Positions 1-10,803 of a stretch of DNA of 32,000 nt are shown piece by piece (the stretch's first letter is position 1; each line of letters begins with the position of its first letter). The position numbers and the translations under genes are program-made. Below the pieces are notes generated by a model. It did no database searches, had not been told where the DNA came from, and saw only the letters and a list, made by a program, of their open reading frames with translations. Source of the DNA: Escherichia coli (GTDB lineage: Bacteria; Pseudomonadota; Gammaproteobacteria; Enterobacterales; Enterobacteriaceae); the NCBI RefSeq assembly GCF_030295525.1, contig NZ_AP027212.1. One strand, given 5' to 3'.

Positions 1-2
1 CA

Positions 3-401
<399 letters not shown>

Positions 402-441
402 CCGCTGATTTAACCGGCGCAGTCTCTCCTGCGCCGGTGTA

Positions 442-1458
442 TTAACTTATCTCCTGTAACGCATGTCTCTGGCGTTCGACGATATTGGTCCACAAATTGT
501 CTTTATCGTCAGTCCACAAATTAATCAGCAAGGCAAAAAAGCGTTCAGCTGCCGGAGAAAGCACGGCATCTTTGCGGCGAATAATCCCCAATGTCCGACG
601 TATAACGGGTTCCACCAGTGGGATACCAATAATCGAAGAATAGGGCGCATGGGGCATTGCCAGACCAGGAAGCGCCGAAATCCCCAGTCCTGCCTCCACT
701 AGTCCTAATGACGTCGAAAGATGACGCACTTCGTAAAACCAGTCCAGCTTCCAGGGCTTGTCGGCTAGCTGTTGTTCTATCAACAATCGGTTGCCGCTGG
801 AGGAACGTACGCCAATCATTTTGTAACCCACTAACTCCTGCCATTCTACAAGCTGCTTTTTGGCCAATGGATGGTCACGCCGACAGGCCAGCACGAATGG
901 CTCGTTGACCAGTGGGGTAAAATCAATGGATGAATTTGTGACGTTGTTCATGTTTATGCCAAAGTCTGATTCGTTACACAGCACCGATTCCATGCAATTA
1001 TTCGTGCCTTGTTCCAGAATCCGCACTTTAATATTGGGATACAGCTCATTAAATTTACCGATTGCCAGCGGTAAAAAATAAAATACTGCGGTCGGAATAC
1101 ACGCTAACGTCACCATACCACGATGATAAGCATTCATATCACGAATATTAAAAAGCGTTTCATCGAATTTCTTTATTAATTCCCGCGCCTCCGGGAGCAA
1201 CCTTTTCCCTGCTTTTGTTAACGTAACCTTGCGAGTTGTACGCTCAAATAGTTGAATATGTAAATCTTCCTCCATCTTTTTTATTCTTCGCGTTAATGCA
1301 GGTTGCGTAATATTGAGTAATTTAGCGGCATTGTTAAATGAACTGGACTCTGCCAGTATGACAAATGCCTTCATACTTGATAATTCATGCTTCATTATTA
1401 CTCCGGAAAATGGAAGCGACGATTTTGGGTGGCTGGCCGTTAAAAATTTTAACTGCAT
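442..1458 (-). CDS. ybhD: LysR-family transcriptional regulator YbhD
   Basis: 338 aa, N-terminal HTH (MKHELSSMKAFVILAESSSFNNAAKLLNITQPALTRRIKKME), gene order. Confidence 0.92.
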   Translation of the reverse strand: MQLKFLTASHPKSSLPFSGVIMKHELSSMKAFVILAESSSFNNAAKLLNITQPALTRRIKKMEEDLHIQLFERTTRKVTLTKAGKRLLPEARELIKKFDETLFNIRDMNAYHRGMVTLACIPTAVFYFLPLAIGKFNELYPNIKVRILEQGTNNCMESVLCNESDFGINMNNVTNSSIDFTPLVNEPFVLACRRDHPLAKKQLVEWQELVGYKMIGVRSSSGNRLLIEQQLADKPWKLDWFYEVRHLSTSLGLVEAGLGISALPGLAMPHAPYSSIIGIPLVEPVIRRTLGIIRRKDAVLSPAAERFFALLINLWTDDKDNLWTNIVERQRHALQEIS

Positions 1459-1578
1459 TTAGCCAACTTAAATTAATGAAAAAATGTTATTAATCGTTGA
1501 GCTAAAGTCATTAGAGATGCTTTGCCCTTAATGTAACCATATCGCAATAAGTTATGTTTTTAAATTGAGGGCATTATT

Positions 1579-2631
1579 ATGAAAAAAATACCCTGCGTGA
1601 TGATGCGAGGTGGAACCTCGAGGGGCGCGTTCTTGTTAGCGGAACATTTACCCGAAGATCAAACGCAGCGCGATAAAATATTGATGGCAATTATGGGTTC
1701 CGGTAACGATCTGGAAATTGACGGTATTGGCGGCGGTAATCCGCTGACCAGTAAAGTCGCCATTATTAGCCGTTCCAGCGATCCGCGTGCTGATGTCGAT
1801 TATCTGTTTGCTCAAGTTATTGTCCATGAGCAACGTGTCGATACCACGCCTAATTGTGGCAATATGCTGTCTGGTGTTGGGGCATTCGCCATTGAAAATG
1901 GTTTGATTGCAGCGACTTCACCAGTTACCCGCGTACGTATCCGCAACGTCAATACTGGTACGTTCATCGAAGCTGATGTGCAAACGCCAAATGGTGTTGT
2001 CGAGTACGAGGGTAGCGCCAGAATTGACGGCGTACCGGGTACTGCCGCACCGGTTGCGCTCACTTTCCTGAATGCCGCCGGAACCAAAACCGGAAAAGTC
2101 TTCCCGACTGATAATCAGATTGATTATTTTGACGATGTCCCGGTGACCTGTATCGATATGGCGATGCCAGTCGTCATTATTCCGGCTGAATATCTGGGAA
2201 AAACAGGTTATGAATTACCGGCGGAACTGGATGCCGACAAAGCATTATTAGCACGCATTGAATCTATCCGTCTACAAGCGGGTAAAGCAATGGGCTTAGG
2301 TGATGTCAGTAATATGGTTATCCCTAAACCTGTGCTTATTTCTCCAGCGCAGAAAGGCGGGGCAATTAATGTACGTTATTTTATGCCGCATTCTTGCCAT
2401 CGCGCGCTGGCGATAACCGGTGCTATTGCTATTTCCAGTAGTTGTGCATTGGAAGGCACCGTCACCCGACAAATCGTCCCTTCTGTAGGATACGGCAATA
2501 TCAATATTGAACACCCCAGTGGTGCGCTCGACGTTCATTTAAGTAATGAAGGTCAGGATGCCACGACGTTACGCGCATCTGTTATTCGGACGACCAGAAA
2601 AATATTTTCCGGTGAAGTTTATCTTCCCTGA
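1579..2631 (+). CDS. ybhH: PrpF-family putative isomerase YbhH
   Basis: 350 aa, N-terminus MKKIPCVMMRGGTSRGAFL typical of PrpF/AcnD-accessory family. Confidence 0.92.
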   Translation: MKKIPCVMMRGGTSRGAFLLAEHLPEDQTQRDKILMAIMGSGNDLEIDGIGGGNPLTSKVAIISRSSDPRADVDYLFAQVIVHEQRVDTTPNCGNMLSGVGAFAIENGLIAATSPVTRVRIRNVNTGTFIEADVQTPNGVVEYEGSARIDGVPGTAAPVALTFLNAAGTKTGKVFPTDNQIDYFDDVPVTCIDMAMPVVIIPAEYLGKTGYELPAELDADKALLARIESIRLQAGKAMGLGDVSNMVIPKPVLISPAQKGGAINVRYFMPHSCHRALAITGAIAISSSCALEGTVTRQIVPSVGYGNINIEHPSGALDVHLSNEGQDATTLRASVIRTTRKIFSGEVYLP

Positions 2632-2706
2632 AAAAATTCGTTGTCAGGATAAGGACAATCAATAAAGGACTTCTGTATGAGTCATACAGAAAGAACAGGA
2701 TTTTAA

Positions 2707-4140
2707 ATGAATAAGAAATCGTTATGGAAGCTAATTCTGATATTAGCGATCCCATGTATTATTGGTTTTATGCCAGCTCCGGCAGGATTAAGCGAACTGG
2801 CGTGGGTGCTTTTTGGTATTTACCTGGCGGCCATTGTGGGTCTGGTTATCAAGCCTTTCCCGGAACCTGTCGTACTGTTAATTGCCGTTGCTGCCTCAAT
2901 GGTGGTGGTCGGTAACTTATCCGACGGTGCGTTTAAGACCACCGCCGTATTAAGCGGTTACTCTTCAGGTACTACCTGGCTGGTGTTCTCGGCGTTTACC
3001 TTAAGCGCCGCATTTGTGACCACCGGTTTAGGTAAACGTATTGCCTATCTGCTGATTGGTAAAATCGGTAACACCACGCTGGGTCTGGGTTACGTTACGG
3101 TATTCCTCGATCTGGTACTGGCTCCGGCAACACCGTCTAACACCGCGCGTGCGGGCGGCATTGTGTTACCGATCATCAACAGCGTGGCGGTGGCTTTGGG
3201 GTCCGAACCGGAAAAAAGTCCGCGTCGTGTCGGACATTACCTGATGATGTCCATTTACATGGTCACCAAAACCACCAGCTATATGTTCTTTACCGCAATG
3301 GCGGGGAACATTCTGGCGCTGAAAATGATCAACGACATTCTGCACCTGCAAATTAGCTGGGGTGGATGGGCGCTGGCCGCCGGATTGCCGGGCATCATTA
3401 TGCTGCTGGTCACCCCGCTGGTAATTTACACCATGTATCCACCAGAAATTAAAAAGGTGGATAACAAAACCATCGCTAAAGCGGGCCTTGCCGAACTGGG
3501 ACCGATGAAAATCCGCGAAAAAATGCTGCTCGGTGTCTTTGTGCTGGCGCTACTGGGCTGGATTTTCAGTAAGTCTCTGGGGGTTGATGAATCCACTGTG
3601 GCAATCGTTGTTATGGCGACCATGCTGCTGCTGGGTATCGTTACCTGGGAAGACGTGGTTAAAAATAAAGGCGGCTGGAATACCTTAATCTGGTACGGCG
3701 GTATTATCGGATTAAGCTCCTTATTATCGAAAGTTAAATTCTTCGAATGGTTAGCTGAAGTCTTTAAAAATAACCTGGCATTTGATGGTCACGGTAACGT
3801 TGCTTTCTTCGTTATTATTTTCCTCAGCATTATCGTGCGTTATTTCTTCGCTTCCGGTAGTGCCTATATCGTTGCTATGTTACCGGTATTTGCCATGCTG
3901 GCGAACGTCTCCGGCGCACCGTTAATGTTAACCGCGCTGGCACTGTTGTTCTCCAACTCCTATGGCGGCATGGTTACTCACTATGGCGGCGCGGCAGGTC
4001 CGGTCATCTTTGGCGTGGGTTATAACGATATTAAATCCTGGTGGTTGGTCGGTGCGGTACTGACGATATTAACCTTCCTGGTGCATATCACCCTCGGCGT
4101 GTGGTGGTGGAATATGCTGATCGGCTGGAACATGCTGTAA
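2707..4140 (+). CDS. ybhI: DASS-family anion/dicarboxylate transporter YbhI
   Basis: 477 aa multi-TM protein, conserved order. Confidence 0.92.
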   Translation: MNKKSLWKLILILAIPCIIGFMPAPAGLSELAWVLFGIYLAAIVGLVIKPFPEPVVLLIAVAASMVVVGNLSDGAFKTTAVLSGYSSGTTWLVFSAFTLSAAFVTTGLGKRIAYLLIGKIGNTTLGLGYVTVFLDLVLAPATPSNTARAGGIVLPIINSVAVALGSEPEKSPRRVGHYLMMSIYMVTKTTSYMFFTAMAGNILALKMINDILHLQISWGGWALAAGLPGIIMLLVTPLVIYTMYPPEIKKVDNKTIAKAGLAELGPMKIREKMLLGVFVLALLGWIFSKSLGVDESTVAIVVMATMLLLGIVTWEDVVKNKGGWNTLIWYGGIIGLSSLLSKVKFFEWLAEVFKNNLAFDGHGNVAFFVIIFLSIIVRYFFASGSAYIVAMLPVFAMLANVSGAPLMLTALALLFSNSYGGMVTHYGGAAGPVIFGVGYNDIKSWWLVGAVLTILTFLVHITLGVWWWNMLIGWNML

Positions 4141-4146
4141 ATATTC

Positions 4147-4268
4147 TCGTCATACTTCAAGTTGCATGTGCTGCGTCTGCGTTCGCTCACCCCAGTCACT
4201 TACTTATGTAAGCTCCTGGGGATTCACTCGCTTGTCGCCTTCCTGCAACTCAAATTATTTAGAGTATA
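4147..4268. repeat. ERIC (enterobacterial repetitive intergenic consensus) element; ends approximate
   Basis: contains ATGTAAGCTCCTGGGGATTCAC and the complement of AAGTAAGTGACTGGGGTGAGCG, the two inner ERIC arms. Confidence 0.85.
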
Positions 4269-4322
4269 TCCATTTATTATCTTTCTGCGCACTTCACGGT
4301 GCGCAGATATCTGGAGCATTTG

Positions 4323-6584
4323 ATGATCAAGTTATCTGAAAAAGGCGTGTTTCTCGCCAGTAATAACGAAATAATTGCTGAAGAACATTTCACCGGCGAA
4401 ATTAAAAAAGAAGAAGCCAAAAAAGGCACTATTGCCTGGTCTATTCTCTCTTCGCATAATACGTCCGGAAATATGGATAAACTTAAAATTAAGTTTGATT
4501 CATTAGCCTCTCACGATATTACCTTTGTTGGTATTGTACAGACCGCTAAAGCGTCCGGTATGGAACGTTTCCCGCTGCCGTATGTGCTGACCAACTGCCA
4601 TAACTCACTCTGCGCCGTCGGCGGCACCATTAACGGTGATGACCATGTTTTTGGTTTATCGGCAGCTCAGCGTTATGGCGGTATTTTTGTGCCTCCGCAT
4701 ATTGCGGTCATCCATCAATATATGCGTGAGATGATGGCAGGCGGCGGCAAAATGATCCTCGGGTCAGACAGCCACACCCGTTACGGTGCATTAGGGACAA
4801 TGGCAGTCGGTGAGGGCGGTGGTGAGTTGGTAAAACAGCTGCTTAATGACACCTGGGATATCGACTATCCGGGAGTTGTTGCGGTGCATCTGACCGGAAA
4901 ACCAGCGCCGTATGTGGGGCCGCAGGATGTGGCGCTGGCTATCATTGGCGCGGTGTTCAAAAACGGTTACGTCAAAAACAAAGTCATGGAGTTCGTTGGA
5001 CCGGGCGTTAGCGCGCTCTCTACCGATTTCCGTAACAGCGTTGACGTGATGACCACGGAAACCACCTGTTTAAGCTCCGTCTGGCAAACTGATGAAGAAG
5101 TGCATAACTGGCTGGCGCTGCACGGTCGCGGCCAGGATTACTGCCAGCTTAACCCTCAACCGATGGCGTACTACGATGGCTGCATCAGCGTTGATTTAAG
5201 CGCCATCAAACCAATGATTGCGCTGCCGTTCCACCCGAGCAACGTGTATGAAATCGACACACTGAACCAGAACCTGACCGACATTCTGCGTGAGATTGAA
5301 ATTGAGTCCGAACGCGTGGCGCACGGTAAAGCCAAACTCTCGCTGCTGGATAAAGTGGAAAATGGTCGCCTGAAAGTGCAGCAGGGGATTATCGCGGGCT
5401 GTTCTGGCGGTAACTACGAAAACGTCATCGCGGCGGCGAATGCACTGCGCGGTCAATCCTGTGGCAATGACACCTTCTCGCTGGCAGTTTACCCGTCATC
5501 ACAGCCGGTGTTTATGGATCTCGCCAAAAAAGGTGTGGTAGCAGATTTGATTGGCGCAGGCGCAATCATCAGAACCGCGTTCTGCGGCCCATGCTTTGGC
5601 GCGGGCGATACGCCAATCAACAACGGATTAAGTATTCGCCACACCACGCGTAACTTCCCGAACCGCGAAGGCTCTAAGCCAGCTAATGGGCAGATGTCAG
5701 CGGTGGCGTTGATGGACGCTCGTTCTATCGCTGCGACTGCGGCAAACGGTGGCTATTTAACCTCTGCCAGCGAACTTGATTGCTGGGACAACGTGCCGGA
5801 GTACGCCTTCGATGTAACGCCGTATAAAAACCGTGTTTATCAGGGCTTTGTGAAAGGGGCAACTCAGCAACCGCTGATTTACGGACCGAACATTAAAGAC
5901 TGGCCGGAATTGGGTGCGCTGACTGACAATATCGTCCTGAAAGTGTGCTCGAAGATCCTCGACGAAGTGACCACCACCGACGAACTGATTCCTTCCGGTG
6001 AAACCTCTTCTTATCGTTCAAATCCGATTGGTCTGGCGGAGTTTACCCTGTCACGCCGCGATCCCGGTTATGTTGGCAGAAGTAAAGCGACTGCTGAGCT
6101 GGAAAATCAGCGTCTGGCGGGGAATGTCAGCGAGCTGACAGAGGTGTTTGCGCGCATTAAGCAGATTGCTGGTCAGGAGCATATTGATCCGCTGCAAACT
6201 GAAATTGGCAGCATGGTATATGCGGTGAAACCAGGCGATGGTTCTGCGCGTGAACAGGCGGCGAGCTGCCAGCGTGTGATTGGCGGTCTGGCGAATATTG
6301 CCGAAGAGTACGCGACTAAACGCTACCGTTCTAACGTCATCAACTGGGGGATGTTACCGCTGCAGATGGCGGAAGTGCCAACCTTTGAAGTGGGGGATTA
6401 CATTTACATCCCTGGCATTAAAGCGGCGCTGGATAATCCGGGTACGACGTTTAAAGGTTATGTGATCCATGAAGATGCGCCGGTAACGGAAATTACGCTC
6501 TATATGGAAAGTCTGACTGCTGAAGAGCGCGAGATTATCAAGGCGGGTAGTTTGATTAACTTCAATAAAAACCGTCAGATGTAA
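4323..6584 (+). CDS. ybhJ: aconitase-family protein YbhJ
   Basis: 753 aa from MIKLSEKG; aconitase-like sequence ([30 protein letters not shown]). Confidence 0.92.
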   Translation: MIKLSEKGVFLASNNEIIAEEHFTGEIKKEEAKKGTIAWSILSSHNTSGNMDKLKIKFDSLASHDITFVGIVQTAKASGMERFPLPYVLTNCHNSLCAVGGTINGDDHVFGLSAAQRYGGIFVPPHIAVIHQYMREMMAGGGKMILGSDSHTRYGALGTMAVGEGGGELVKQLLNDTWDIDYPGVVAVHLTGKPAPYVGPQDVALAIIGAVFKNGYVKNKVMEFVGPGVSALSTDFRNSVDVMTTETTCLSSVWQTDEEVHNWLALHGRGQDYCQLNPQPMAYYDGCISVDLSAIKPMIALPFHPSNVYEIDTLNQNLTDILREIEIESERVAHGKAKLSLLDKVENGRLKVQQGIIAGCSGGNYENVIAAANALRGQSCGNDTFSLAVYPSSQPVFMDLAKKGVVADLIGAGAIIRTAFCGPCFGAGDTPINNGLSIRHTTRNFPNREGSKPANGQMSAVALMDARSIAATAANGGYLTSASELDCWDNVPEYAFDVTPYKNRVYQGFVKGATQQPLIYGPNIKDWPELGALTDNIVLKVCSKILDEVTTTDELIPSGETSSYRSNPIGLAEFTLSRRDPGYVGRSKATAELENQRLAGNVSELTEVFARIKQIAGQEHIDPLQTEIGSMVYAVKPGDGSAREQAASCQRVIGGLANIAEEYATKRYRSNVINWGMLPLQMAEVPTFEVGDYIYIPGIKAALDNPGTTFKGYVIHEDAPVTEITLYMESLTAEEREIIKAGSLINFNKNRQM

Positions 6585-6594
6585 AAAGCGCCAT

Positions 6595-6715
<121 letters not shown>

Positions 6716-6725
6716 TTAATAGCTC

Positions 6726-8009
6726 TTACTTCTTCGCCTCTGCAACCACTTTACTACCCACGCCGCGGTTATTGTATTCCCACATGCGGTTGTAGTTAGT
6801 GTCATTCAGATTGCGCTGTATTTCGTCGTTATCATCTACGCTGCCGGTATTACCCGCAAACGGACGATTAGAGATCACCGCATCGGCCCACGGTTTAGCC
6901 GTGTTAAAACCTTCGTTGATGGCGCTATCACGGATCACCACCTGACCGTTGGTATTGGCATCAACATCCAGCGAGCGGCCCAGTTGCGCCACACCATCAC
7001 CGAAAGCATTGAAACGGCTGTTTACGGCGAGGAAACCGTAGTAAATGTTGGACAGCGTAGCCGGTGCAAACACATACGCTTCTTGCTGAGTACGTGAGTT
7101 CACCACGCGGAATTCGGTGTTATCGAACACCACTGCGCCGCGACCAGAAACGATATCCACATCCCCTTCAATGTAGCTGTTGGTCACCAGCGTACGCGGC
7201 TGACGGTTGGTTTCCAGACGGTTCTGCACACCGCTGTTGGTGACAAAGAAGGTGTTCTGACGACCGAGAATGTTAACGTTGTTAATCTGTACCTGGTCAC
7301 CATCAGTACGCAGTGCCACCGCCGGATGGTTACCTGCATCTACGCTATCGCCCAGCGTGTTTTCGATGGTCAGATTTTGCAGTTGCAGGCCATTGTTTTG
7401 TGACCAGAAGACCGCAGAGCAGAGAACACCGATACTGTCGCTGCGTTTGCTCTGGCAGCTATCGTACATATACCACGCTGGTTTACCTGGCATATATTTG
7501 CCGCGCGGGTTGACGTCGTGACGCCAGTCGGCAGGGCTCATGCCCCCATCAAGGGAAAGCCCAATCTTCACATCAATCGGTTTTTCACCTGTACCGTACA
7601 GAGTAATTCCACCCGGAGCAGCAGGGACATACACCGTTCCCTGATACTCACCAGGCATCACGGCAATATACTGGCGCTTGTTAGTGCGCTTGATAATTGC
7701 CGCATCTACCGCCGCCTGAATCGTGGTATGCGTTACACCTTGAGTACCCGCCGGGCCGACAACAAAGTCAGGTTGCGCAGGCAGGGTAATCGGGGAAGGA
7801 TTCCACGCTGCAGCACCTGGTGTCAGGGATGCAAAATAGTGTTGAGCATCGAAATTCTGCGCTTCTTTTGCCGACAGAATCGGGCGAGAAGAGGTACCAG
7901 GCGCGGTTTGATCAGAAGGACGTTGATCGGGTGGTGTTGAGCTACAGGCGGTCAGCGTCACGCCAAAAGCCAATGCCAGCGCCAGACGGGAAACTGAAAA
8001 TGTGTTCAC
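6726..8009 (-). CDS. ybhC: outer-membrane lipoprotein YbhC, pectinesterase fold acyl-CoA thioesterase
   Basis: 427 aa, lipobox (LTAC), pectinesterase-like repeats; immediately beside attB-lambda. Confidence 0.92.
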   Translation of the reverse strand: MNTFSVSRLALALAFGVTLTACSSTPPDQRPSDQTAPGTSSRPILSAKEAQNFDAQHYFASLTPGAAAWNPSPITLPAQPDFVVGPAGTQGVTHTTIQAAVDAAIIKRTNKRQYIAVMPGEYQGTVYVPAAPGGITLYGTGEKPIDVKIGLSLDGGMSPADWRHDVNPRGKYMPGKPAWYMYDSCQSKRSDSIGVLCSAVFWSQNNGLQLQNLTIENTLGDSVDAGNHPAVALRTDGDQVQINNVNILGRQNTFFVTNSGVQNRLETNRQPRTLVTNSYIEGDVDIVSGRGAVVFDNTEFRVVNSRTQQEAYVFAPATLSNIYYGFLAVNSRFNAFGDGVAQLGRSLDVDANTNGQVVIRDSAINEGFNTAKPWADAVISNRPFAGNTGSVDDNDEIQRNLNDTNYNRMWEYNNRGVGSKVVAEAKK

Positions 8010-8055
8010 AGGTTGCTCCGGGCTATGAAATAGAAAAATGAATCCGTTGAAGCCT

Positions 8056-8070
8056 GCTTTTTTATACTAA
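8056..8070. other. attL: attL core (lambda-type, GCTTTTTTATACTAA) at the ybhC-side of attB-lambda; P' arm follows to about 8150
   Basis: exact 15-bp core followed by lambda-like P' arm (gttggcattataaaaaagcattgcttatcaatttgttgcaacgaacaggtcactatcagtc). Confidence 0.93.
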
Positions 8071-8143
8071 GTTGGCATTATAAAAAAGCATTGCTTATCA
8101 ATTTGTTGCAACGAACAGGTCACTATCAGTCAAAATAAAATCA

Positions 8144-9214
8144 TTATTTGATTTCAATTTTGTCCCACTCCCTGCCTCTGTCATCACGATACTGTGATGC
8201 CATGGTGTCCGACTTATGCCCGAGAAGATGTTGAGCAAATTTATCGCTTATCTGCTTCTCATAGAGTCTTGCAGACAAACTGCGCAACTCGTGAAAGGTT
8301 GGCGGATCCCCTTCGAAGGAAAGACCTGATGCTTTTCGTGCGCGCATAAAATACCTTGATACTGTGCCGGATGAAAGCGGTTCACGACGAGTAGATGCAA
8401 TTATGGTTTCTCCGCCAAGAATCTCTTTGCATTTATCAAGTGTTTCCTTCATTGATATCCCGAGAGCATCAACATGCAATGCTGTTGGGATGGCAATTTT
8501 TACGCCTGTTTTGCTTTGCTCGACATAAAGATATCCATCTACGATATCAGACCACTTCATTTCGCATAAATCACCAACTCGCTGCCCGGTAACAACAGCC
8601 AGTTCCATTGCAAGTCTTAGCCAACATGGTGATGATTCTGCTGCTTGATAAATTTTCAGGTATTCGTCAGCCGTAAGTCTTGATCTCCTTACCTCTGATT
8701 TTGCTGCGCGAGTGGCAGCGACCGGGTTTGTTGTTATATGGCCTTCAGCTATTGCCTCTCGGAATGCATCGCTTAGTGTTGATCTGATTAACTTGGCTGA
8801 CGCCGCCTTGCCCTCGTCTATGTATCCATTGAGCATTGCCGCAATTTCTTTTGTGGTGATGTTTTCAAGTGGAGCATCAGGCAGGCCCCTCCTTATTGCT
8901 TTAATTTTGCTCATGTAATTTATGAGTGTCTTCTGCTTGATTCCTCTGTTGGCGAGGATTTTTTCGTAGCGATCAAGCCATGAATGTAACGTAACAGAAT
9001 TATCACTGTTGATTCTCGCTGTCAGAGGCTTGTGTTTGTGTCCTGAAAATAACTCAATGTTGGCCTGTATAGCTTCAGTGATTGCTATCCTCCTGTCTCG
9101 GCCTAATCCAAACTCTTTACCCGTCCTTGGGTCCCTGTAGCAGTAATATCCATTGTTTCTTATATAAAGGTTAGGGGGTAAATCCCGGCGCTCATGACTT
9201 CGCCTTCTTCCCAT
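8144..9214 (-). CDS. int: lambda-type tyrosine integrase
   Basis: 356 aa, MGRRRSHERRDLPPNLYIRNNGYYCYRDPRTGKEFGLGRDRRIAI; C-terminal LGHKSDTMASQYRDDRG. Confidence 0.97.
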   Translation of the reverse strand: MGRRRSHERRDLPPNLYIRNNGYYCYRDPRTGKEFGLGRDRRIAITEAIQANIELFSGHKHKPLTARINSDNSVTLHSWLDRYEKILANRGIKQKTLINYMSKIKAIRRGLPDAPLENITTKEIAAMLNGYIDEGKAASAKLIRSTLSDAFREAIAEGHITTNPVAATRAAKSEVRRSRLTADEYLKIYQAAESSPCWLRLAMELAVVTGQRVGDLCEMKWSDIVDGYLYVEQSKTGVKIAIPTALHVDALGISMKETLDKCKEILGGETIIASTRREPLSSGTVSRYFMRARKASGLSFEGDPPTFHELRSLSARLYEKQISDKFAQHLLGHKSDTMASQYRDDRGREWDKIEIK

Positions 9215-9410
9215 TTCTGATCCTCTTCAAAAGGCTACCTGTTACTGGTCGATTTAAGTCAACCTTTACCGCTGATTCGTGGAACAGATACTCTCTTCCA
9301 TCCTTAACCGGAGGAGGGAATATCCTGCATTCGCGCACCCATCGACGAACTGTTTCAAGGCTTCTTGGGCGCCGCTGGCGTGCGTTCCACTCCTGAAGTG
9401 TCAAGTACAT
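9192..9410 (-). CDS. xis: excisionase
   Basis: 72 aa, MYLTLQEWNARQRRPRSLETVRRWVRECRIFPPPVKDG, overlaps int as in lambda. Confidence 0.97.
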   Translation of the reverse strand: MYLTLQEWNARQRRPRSLETVRRWVRECRIFPPPVKDGREYLFHESAVKVDLNRPVTGSLLKRIRNGKKAKS

Positions 9411-9422
9411 CGCAAAGTCTCC

Positions 9423-9436
9423 GCAATTACACGCAA
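9423..9436 (-). promoter_or_regulatory. CII-binding direct repeat of pI (TTGCGTGTAATTGC on minus strand)
   Basis: TTGC-N6-TTGC at the xis start. Confidence 0.75.
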
Positions 9437-9449
9437 GAAAAAACCGCCA

Positions 9450-9617
9450 TCAGGCGGATTGGTGTTCTTTCAGTTCTTCAATTCGAATGTTGGTTACGTT
9501 TGCATTCGCTATCTGCGCCCATATCATCCAGTGGTTATAGCAGTCGTTGATGTCCTCTGCTTCGATAACCCTGTTGAATGGCTCTCCATTCCATTCACCT
9601 GTGACTCGAAAGTGCAT
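9450..9617 (-). CDS. small lambda early-left protein (DUF1317-like)
   Basis: 55 aa MHFRVTGEWNGEPFNRVIEAEDINDCYNHWMIWAQIANANVTNIRIEELKEHQSA read directly from sequence; below track cutoff. Confidence 0.8.
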   Translation of the reverse strand: MHFRVTGEWNGEPFNRVIEAEDINDCYNHWMIWAQIANANVTNIRIEELKEHQSA

Positions 9618-9717
9618 TTATCATCTCCATAAAACAAAACCCGCCGTAGCGAGTTCAGATAAAAGAAATCCCCGCGAGTGCGAGGATTGTTATTCACCTT
9701 TGACGGCAAGTTGCAGG

Positions 9718-10290
9718 TTAGCCACGGTTAACCTCCTGCGGCGGTTCTGGCAGCGGCATCCAGTGAGTTGCTTGCTCAATACCATTACCCGGCTTAATCG
9801 TTGCATCTCCGCGCCGAAAGGTGCTTCCGGTATAGCGTGCGGAGCATATTAGCGGTTCAACCAGAGAGCTATCGAAATTCACCGAAATAAGCACGTTCTG
9901 GCCCTTTTCAGGCATTCGATCACTACAGCTTATCCAACTATCCGGAGTTCCCGGAGAGTTGCCATTTACATCGAAGTTTGGCTCTGCGTCCTGAACCAGG
10001 AGGATGTAACCATTCTTGGCTGTATCAAGTTCTAACGCCTCGGTGACGGTGCCGAAATAGCGATTACCTAAATCAGCATCACAAGTGCTTACATCAATGG
10101 AAACTTCCATCCCTTCGATTAATTCTGGCAAGTGGTAAGTTTGGCTTACAGGTTCTGCTTCCAACGATGCCAGTGCAATCCGTGCCAGTTCTTCCGCTTC
10201 TTCTGCTGGCAGTACAACGTTGCTACCAGGTCCGTATGTTTCGCGCCACTGCTGGATTGTCAGCAGGCGTTCTTTGGTAATAGTGATCAT
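9718..10290 (-). CDS. phage protein with C-terminal DUF551-like domain
   Basis: 190 aa; ending WISCSDRMPEKGQNVLI...ATHWMPLPEPP typical of DUF551. Confidence 0.75.
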   Translation of the reverse strand: MITITKERLLTIQQWRETYGPGSNVVLPAEEAEELARIALASLEAEPVSQTYHLPELIEGMEVSIDVSTCDADLGNRYFGTVTEALELDTAKNGYILLVQDAEPNFDVNGNSPGTPDSWISCSDRMPEKGQNVLISVNFDSSLVEPLICSARYTGSTFRRGDATIKPGNGIEQATHWMPLPEPPQEVNRG

Positions 10291-10802
10291 GCTGCGTTTC
10301 CTTCTTTCTTATTAACAATTACACCGTCATATATTTCATTAAGGTGCCCTCTCAACTCCATGCGCCTTAATGCAGATAACATGTAATCGCATTCAACCTG
10401 CTTATTTCCAGTAAATGGCTTATCGTCAGGATTACCCCAACAGCAATTACCCTTGGGCCACCCATGTACTTTCCGTACTCTTCCGTTAACAACGTGAAGT
10501 AATCCCCAGCCAGGTGGTAAATCCTCAATTGAAATAATTCCCGGCTCACTAATAAAGAATCGCCAGTCGCCCATTCCAAGAGACGGATTTTTACGAAAAC
10601 GCTTTTTTCTATCTGCCAACAAGTCAGCACGAGAACACTTCGCCTCTATCAGGCATGATGCTGAATTTCTGAATCCCATAGCATCTGGCTGTTCTCCGGT
10701 ACTGGTTACAGCTATAAAGCGGTCATGAAAACAAACCTTGAACCCGTTGCGCTTAAGGAACTTGTACGCAATCTGACAGAGTTCGCGGTGTGTTAACGCC
10801 AT
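10287..10802 (-). CDS. phage protein with possible PD-(D/E)XK (MmcB/DUF-like) nuclease motif
   Basis: start MALTHRELC; PDAMGFRNSASCLIEAKCSRADLLADRKKRF resembles D-x(n)-ExK with following SRADxxADRK. Confidence 0.6.
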   Translation of the reverse strand: MALTHRELCQIAYKFLKRNGFKVCFHDRFIAVTSTGEQPDAMGFRNSASCLIEAKCSRADLLADRKKRFRKNPSLGMGDWRFFISEPGIISIEDLPPGWGLLHVVNGRVRKVHGWPKGNCCWGNPDDKPFTGNKQVECDYMLSALRRMELRGHLNEIYDGVIVNKKEGNAA

Positions 10803-10803
10803 A

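Noticed and set aside
4147-4268. Intergenic inverted repeat between ybhI and ybhJ considered as novel
   Set aside because: Matches the ERIC element inner arms.
9524-9709. 61-aa minus-strand track ORF near xis
   Set aside because: Overlaps in another frame the better supported 55-aa lambda-like protein at 9450-9617.
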